NCBI GenBank assembly: GCA_016928395.1
Contig: JAFGKV010000063.1
Span: 48,106-68,105 of the forward strand
DNA length: 20,000 bases
Direction of reading: 5' to 3'
Origin: Candidatus Fermentibacterota bacterium
GTDB taxonomy: Bacteria > JAFGKV01
In this document: positions 16,943 to 20,000 of the stretch, piece after piece
How positions within the stretch are numbered: position 1 is the first letter of the stretch
Layout: each line of letters starts with the position of its first letter
Translations under genes and position numbers: made by a program
The notes under the pieces: model-generated
What the model was told of the DNA's origin: nothing
The model's database searches: none
Seen by the model: only the letters and a program-made list of their open reading frames with translations

Positions 16943-17931
16943 CTAGAAACCTATGGATCTTGGCTCTTGTCGCGTTCGCGGCATCGTCGCCGGCGGGCGC
17001 CGCCGCGCTAAAGTTCGCGTCCTTGGCCCCGGAGGGGACGAGCTGGATGAAGCAGATGCACCTCCTGGCCGATGAACTGGCCGCGGCCACGGAGCGACGG
17101 GTGACCCTCAAGCTGTATCCGGGGGGCGTCGCCGGCGACGAACGCGACGTGCTGCGCAAAATCAGGATGGGCCAACTCCATGGCGCCGGGTTCACGGGCA
17201 ATGGTCTGGGAGAGATCCTCCCGGCGGCACGGGTCTTTGATGCGCCTTTCCTCTTCCACACCATCGCCGAGTATGACTCGGTGCTGATCACGGTCACTGA
17301 CACATTGCAGGCGCTGTTCCGTGACAAGGGCTATGAGATGGCCGGGTGGGCCTCCGTGGGATGGGTCCACCTGTTCTCCAAGAATCCCATCGCCACGGTA
17401 GACGATCTGAAGAAGGCCCGGGCATGGGTCTGGGAGACGGATCCTCTGGCCTCGGCCCTGTTCGCCAAGATCGGCATCAGCCCTATTCCGCTGCCATTGC
17501 CGCAGGTCCTGACCAGCCTGCAGACCGGTGTGGTGGACGCGGCCTACATCTCGCCCTCGGCCGCTGTATCGCTGCAATGGTTCACCAGGGTCAAGTATAT
17601 GACGGATCTGCCGCTCACCCATTCCACCGGCGCCGTGGTAGTGGCCGACGAATTCCTGCGCAAGCTGTCCCCTGAGGATCGCGCCACGACGCTGCGCCTT
17701 TTCCGCCACCACCTGCAGACGCTGGAGCCGATCATCAGGGAGGAGGAACGCCGCTCCCTGGAGGTACTGGCTGCCGAGGGCATTGTCCCGGTCCCGGTCG
17801 CCCCTGAAGATGCCGCCGCCTTCTCGGCGGTCGGCGACGAACTTCGCCGCGATTTGGCGGACAAGCTCTACCCCGGCTGGCTTCTGGCCATGGTGGAGGA
17901 TCGGCTGGCCCAGCTCAGGGCGGCTGAGTGA
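16939..17931 (+). CDS. dctP: TRAP transporter substrate-binding protein (DctP/TatP)
   Basis: Signal peptide, LKFASLAPEGTSW, LYPGGVAGDERDVLRKIRMGQLHG and LTSLQTGVVDA; ATGA overlap with tatT. Confidence 0.92.
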   Translation: MTRNLWILALVAFAASSPAGAAALKFASLAPEGTSWMKQMHLLADELAAATERRVTLKLYPGGVAGDERDVLRKIRMGQLHGAGFTGNGLGEILPAARVFDAPFLFHTIAEYDSVLITVTDTLQALFRDKGYEMAGWASVGWVHLFSKNPIATVDDLKKARAWVWETDPLASALFAKIGISPIPLPLPQVLTSLQTGVVDAAYISPSAAVSLQWFTRVKYMTDLPLTHSTGAVVVADEFLRKLSPEDRATTLRLFRHHLQTLEPIIREEERRSLEVLAAEGIVPVPVAPEDAAAFSAVGDELRRDLADKLYPGWLLAMVEDRLAQLRAAE

Positions 17932-18419
17932 CCCCTGCGGCGAGTCGACGGCTGGCCCGAATCCTGGCCGGGGCCGAAACCGCGTTTCTAGTCTTCTTGG
18001 TCTGCCTGCTGCTCATTGTCGGTCTCTTGCAGCTTGTGCTGCGCAATGTCTTTCACACGGGTGTGCTCTGGTTCGAGCCTCTCTCACGCTATCTGGTGCT
18101 CTGGATCGCCTTTGCCGGTGCGGTGGCTGCCGCGGGTGAGGATCGCCACATCCGCGTCGATCTCCTTCCCCGGCTTCTCAAGGGACGAGTCGGCGCCATG
18201 TTGGGGGCCGTGACGTCCTTGGCCGCGGCCTTCGTGTGTGCGGCACTGGCGAAGTCCGGCATCGTGTTCTTGGCCTCGGAACGAGAGTTCGGCACCGTCG
18301 CCTTCCTTGCGGTGCCAACCTGGATCGCTCTGGCCGCCATCCCGGTGGGGTTTGCCCTTACCGGCCTGCGTTTGACAGTGAGCGCTGTCTCCAAGCTAGT
18401 CCGGGCTCTGCGGTCATGA
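17928..18419 (+). CDS. dctQ: TRAP transporter small permease DctQ
   Basis: Four TM segments with QLVLRN, W.E.LSRYLVLWIAF.GA, HIRVD and VPTW..AIPVGF; GTGA overlap with dctP. Confidence 0.92.
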   Translation: MTPAASRRLARILAGAETAFLVFLVCLLLIVGLLQLVLRNVFHTGVLWFEPLSRYLVLWIAFAGAVAAAGEDRHIRVDLLPRLLKGRVGAMLGAVTSLAAAFVCAALAKSGIVFLASEREFGTVAFLAVPTWIALAAIPVGFALTGLRLTVSAVSKLVRALRS

Positions 18420-19666
18420 CCGGCATCCTGGCCCTGCTGGCCCTATTGGGCACTCCGTTGTTCGCGGTTCTGGCGGGGTTTGCGCTCCTGGGATTCCACG
18501 GCCAGGAGATCCCGGGCACCGCCGTCATCATCGAGATGGCCCGCATGGCTGGCACCTCGACCCTGACGCCGATTCCCCTGTTCGCTCTGGCGGGGTATGT
18601 CATGGCCTCGGGTAGCGGCCCTCAACGCCTGGTAGCCTTCTCCCAGACATTGCTGGGGTGGATGCCGGGCGGCCTGGGCCTGGCATGCCTGGCAGCATCC
18701 GCCCTATTCACGGCGCTCACCGGCGCCTCGGGGGTAACCATCATCGCCTTGGGTGGCCTCCTGCTCCCCGCGTTGCTGTCTGCGGGATATCACGAACGGT
18801 TCAGCCTGGGGCTGGTCACGACGTCGGGCAGCCTGGGGCTGCTGTTTCCCCCCAGTCTTCCCCTCATCATCTATGCGTTCATCGCAGAAGTGCCGGTCGA
18901 CGATCTCTTCCGCGCGGGACTTCTCCCGGGTTCACTGCTAGTAGTGGTGCTGGCCTTGTACAGCGGCCTAGTGGCGCGACGCCACGGGGTCACGCGGACA
19001 CGGTTCAACGTCGCTGCCCTGGCCGGCGCATTCCGGCACGCTGTGGGCGAGCTGGTCTTGCCCGTGGTGGTGATCGCCGGAATCTACGGAGGATTCCTCA
19101 CGGTACCCGAAGCAGCCGCTTTTGCCGCGGGATACGCCATCCTACTGGCGGTCGTGATCCGGCGTGAGCTGTCGCCCCGGGCGCTGGTCGGCGTCATTCG
19201 GGAGAGCATGCTTTTGGTGGGCGGCATTCTGGTCATCCTCTGCGCCGCTTTGGGGCTGACCAGTTACCTGGTGGACATCCAGCTTCCCATGAACATCCTC
19301 GCCGCCATGGAAGGCCATGTCACGAGCAAGCTCATGTTCCTGCTTTTGCTCAACCTCCTGCTCTTGGCGGTGGGCTGCCTCATGGACATCTTCTCCGCTC
19401 TGGTGGTGGTAGTCCCTTTGGTGCTTCCTTTGGCAATCCAGTTCGGCGTCAACCCCATCCACCTTGGCATCATCTTCCTCACCAATCTGGAGATCGGCTA
19501 CTCGACGCCTCCCGTGGGCTTAAACCTCTTCGTCTCCAGCTTCCGTTTCCGAAAGCCTGTCGTCTCTCTCTACCTGGCGAGCCTGCCGTTCTTGGCCATC
19601 CTTCTGGCAGCCCTCGCCCTCATCACCTACTGGCCCACCTTGTCCCTCGCCCTAGTGAAGGGCTGA
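18416..19666 (+). CDS. dctM: TRAP transporter large permease DctM
   Basis: IPLFALAG, TGASG, GSLGLLFPPSLPLIIY, MDIFSA, GVNPIHLGII and IGYSTPPVGLNLF. Start reassigned to ATG 18416 (ATGA overlap with the dctQ stop). Confidence 0.93.
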   Translation: MTGILALLALLGTPLFAVLAGFALLGFHGQEIPGTAVIIEMARMAGTSTLTPIPLFALAGYVMASGSGPQRLVAFSQTLLGWMPGGLGLACLAASALFTALTGASGVTIIALGGLLLPALLSAGYHERFSLGLVTTSGSLGLLFPPSLPLIIYAFIAEVPVDDLFRAGLLPGSLLVVVLALYSGLVARRHGVTRTRFNVAALAGAFRHAVGELVLPVVVIAGIYGGFLTVPEAAAFAAGYAILLAVVIRRELSPRALVGVIRESMLLVGGILVILCAALGLTSYLVDIQLPMNILAAMEGHVTSKLMFLLLLNLLLLAVGCLMDIFSALVVVVPLVLPLAIQFGVNPIHLGIIFLTNLEIGYSTPPVGLNLFVSSFRFRKPVVSLYLASLPFLAILLAALALITYWPTLSLALVKG

Positions 19667-19673
19667 GAGGCGC

Positions 19674-19717
19674 ACTGTCGGCTATCAGCTATCAGCTATC
19701 GGCTATCGGCTATCAGC
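19674..19717. repeat. Heptamer tandem repeat (GCTATC[A/G]) x5 plus one degenerate unit
   Basis: actgtcg-gctatca-gctatca-gctatcg-gctatcg-gctatca-gc directly after the dctM stop. Confidence 0.9.
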
Positions 19718-19720
19718 CCT

Positions 19721-19893
19721 GTAGGTTGGGGTAGCCCAGCGTAACCAAACAACCCTTCGCGCTCCACCCCGCATCCGCTTGTACGCTGCTCCTACACCGT
19801 CTGTGCACCGCATTCCCCCCCCGTTGTAGGAGCGGCTTCAGCCGCGAATGCAGCCAATGTAGGTTGGGGTACGCATTGGCTAACCCAACCTAC
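19721..19893. repeat. Cluster of GTAG-family REP-like palindromes
   Basis: GTAGGTTGGGGTAGCCCAGCGTAACCAAAC (19721); inverted GCTCCTACA (19788-19796); GTAGGAGCGGCTTCAGCCGCGA (19826-19847); GTAGGTTGGG...CCCAACCTAC (19859-19893). Confidence 0.75.
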
Positions 19894-19951
19894 GTGAACT
19901 TCGCCTCGTTTCTCTAGGGTCTCTGTGGTGAGCTTCTCCCAGGCTTCAGGT

Positions 19952-19979
19952 CCGACTGCCTACTGCCTACTGCCTCCCG
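19952..19979. repeat. Second heptamer repeat (CCTACTG-like) x4, degenerate
   Basis: ccgactg-cctactg-cctactg-cctcccg. Confidence 0.75.
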
Positions 19980-20000
19980 CATCTCACGGTTCAACTAGGA

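Noticed and set aside
1197..19485. Numerous overlapping or antisense ORFs in the six-frame track, and N-terminal extensions of msrC, PLD, lptF, lptG and dctM
   Set aside because: These are expected by-products of GC-rich codon usage. They overlap well-supported genes and lack motifs, and the internal starts have better SD or coupling support.

Overview
GC-rich bacterial chromosomal window, probably from a diderm lineage (FCB-group-like, by inference), made up mostly of housekeeping and envelope genes. On the minus strand are two blocks. The first is DUF362 Fe-S protein - lptF - lptG - GT-C-type membrane glycosyltransferase - small pilin-like membrane protein - secreted double-HKD phospholipase D-family protein. 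The second is archaeal-type rtcB - TPR/TonB-C lipoprotein - M23 peptidase - GAF/fRMsr, followed by the first ten codons of a gene (possibly ribosomal L25) at the left edge. On the plus strand are a small acidic 11-mer-repeat lipoprotein with a clear sigma70 promoter and terminator, and a complete TPAT-type TRAP operon (tatT-dctP-dctQ-dctM) followed by a mosaic of heptamer repeats and GTAG-type REP-like palindromes. The most interesting unexplained signals are a ~185-nt rod-like, 6S-like structured RNA divergent from rtcB, a fourU-thermometer-like hairpin over the lipoprotein SD, the TPR-TonB_C lipoprotein fusion in the rtcB operon, and the translationally coupled GT-C/pilin-like/PLD trio. No CRISPR array, transposase, tRNA or rRNA was seen. 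All calls come from reading the sequence; no searches or folding programs were run.
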